A DNA stretch of 64,000 nt. It comes from an uncultured Bacilli bacterium (GTDB lineage: Bacteria > Bacillota_I > Bacilli_A > RF39 > UBA660). The stretch lies in contig OZ007025.1 in NCBI GenBank assembly GCA_963931545.1, positions 740,312-804,311 of the forward strand. Direction: 5' to 3'. The notes beneath the pieces were generated by a model. The model searched no databases. It was given only the letters and a program-made list of their open reading frames with translations, and had not been told where the DNA came from. This document shows, one piece after another, positions 62,952 to 64,000 of the stretch. The translations under genes were made by a program, and so were the position numbers. Every line of letters begins with the position of its first letter. The first letter of the stretch is position 1.

Positions 62952-64000
62952 TTAATTTGTTTCATATTTTTTTAAATATTCATCATAGGTCATTTGTTTA
63001 TCAATATATGTTCCATCTTCTTTAATTAAAATTAATCTGTTGGCTAAGGTTGATATTAATTCAGTATCAAATGTTGAAAATACTATTGGTCCATCAAATT
63101 TAGCTAAACCATTATTTAATGAAGTAATTGATTCAATATCTAAATGGTTGGTAGGTTCATCTAAAAGTAATACATTACCTTTATTTAGCATCATTTTGGC
63201 AAACATACATCTTACTTTTTCGCCACCTGACAAAACATTTACCTTTTTTAATGCTTCTTCTGATGAGAACAACATTCTTCCTAAAAAGCCTCTTACAAAA
63301 CTATCTTCTTTATTTTCTGAAAATTTTCTTAACCATTCTACTAAATCCTCATTTGTTTCAAAGTATTTATCATGGTTTTTTGGAAAATATGATGTAATGA
63401 CAGTTGTTCCTACTTTAATTTCTCCGCTATCTGGTATTCTTTCTCCTGCTAATATTTGAAGTAATGTAGTTTTAGCAATTTCGTTTTCTCCAATTAGGGC
63501 AATTTTATCATCTTTTTTAATATTTAAAGTAAAGTTTTTTAATATATCTTTACCATCAATAATTACATTAATCTTACTTAATGTAATTATCTCTTTACCA
63601 AGTCTTTTTTCATAATCGAAATTAATATATGGATATTTTCTTGAGGATGGTTTTAGTTCTTCTAAGGATATTTTTTCTAATAATTTTTTTCTAGAAGTTG
63701 CTTGTTTAGATTTAGAAGCATTGGCAGAAAATCTCGCAATAAAGCTTTGTAATTCTTTAATTTTTTCTTCTTTCTTTTTATTAGCTTGTTTTATTTGTTT
63801 TTGCATTAATTCATTAGATTGATACCAAAAATCATAATTACCAATAGTTATTTGAATTCTTTCTCTATCAATATCACACATATGTGTACATACTGTGTTT
63901 AAAAAATGTCTATCATGAGATACTAAGATAATTGTTCCTTTATAATCAGATAAGAAATTTTCTAGCCAGATTTTACTTTGAATATCTAAACCATTAGTAG
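62952..64000 (-). CDS. ABC-F family ATPase, partial (N-terminus beyond the window end)
   Basis: The frame stays open upstream of the track start: ...KGTIILVSHDRHFLNTVCTHMCDID. A Lys/Gln-rich inter-domain linker is followed by a second NBD with signature LSGGEKVR and Walker B LLLDEPTNHLD. Confidence 0.85.
   Translation of the reverse strand, partial: TNGLDIQSKIWLENFLSDYKGTIILVSHDRHFLNTVCTHMCDIDRERIQITIGNYDFWYQSNELMQKQIKQANKKKEEKIKELQSFIARFSANASKSKQATSRKKLLEKISLEELKPSSRKYPYINFDYEKRLGKEIITLSKINVIIDGKDILKNFTLNIKKDDKIALIGENEIAKTTLLQILAGERIPDSGEIKVGTTVITSYFPKNHDKYFETNEDLVEWLRKFSENKEDSFVRGFLGRMLFSSEEALKKVNVLSGGEKVRCMFAKMMLNKGNVLLLDEPTNHLDIESITSLNNGLAKFDGPIVFSTFDTELISTLANRLILIKEDGTYIDKQMTYDEYLKKYETN

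Noticed and set aside
63040-63459. Plus-strand ORF of 139 aa
   Set aside because: It is antisense to the ABC-F gene, which has clear Walker/signature motifs.

Overview
Low-GC (about one quarter G+C by eye), densely coding chromosomal segment from a spore-forming Bacillota (spoIVB, spoIIM and a YqfQ-like gene). It looks Erysipelotrichia/Clostridia-like, but the taxon cannot be resolved from sequence alone. Gene orientation flips from + (24 of 29 CDS left of ~37.8 kb) to - (21 of 23 CDS to the right). A 28-nt XerCD dif-like site sits exactly at the flip, so the window probably spans the replication terminus. Left arm is cell-envelope biology: a GH73 autolysin, a kinase-less PASTA protein, an AT3 acyltransferase, and a ricin-lectin/GH25 muramidase. 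It also carries a ~17 kb Wzx/Wzy-type glycopolymer locus (GtrB-like enzyme plus several GT-C membrane transferases, Glf, Ugd, Alg14/Alg13-like pair, GT2/GT4 enzymes, a Wzy-GT4 fusion), then spoIVB, spoIIM, mnmA, GtrA and an LtaS-family enzyme. Right arm: ZIP and ArsP_2-like metal transporters, a Xer recombinase, rarA, holA, a two-component system, a MarR plus heterodimeric ABC exporter operon, two CE4 deacetylases, gpmI, a pilC-pilD pair, a 920-aa modular surface protein and a partial ABC-F gene. Three signals absent from the ORF track stand out. (1) A type III toxin-antitoxin locus: a ToxN/AbiQ-like toxin preceded by 3+ tandem 37-nt repeats and an internal terminator. (2) A G12 homopolymer inside the -35/-10 spacer of the surface-protein promoter, a candidate slipped-strand phase switch, paired with a complementary C-tract 69 nt upstream. 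(3) The dif-like site at the strand switch. I saw no rRNA, tRNA, CRISPR array, transposase or prophage genes. All domain calls come from motif recognition by eye, not from searches.
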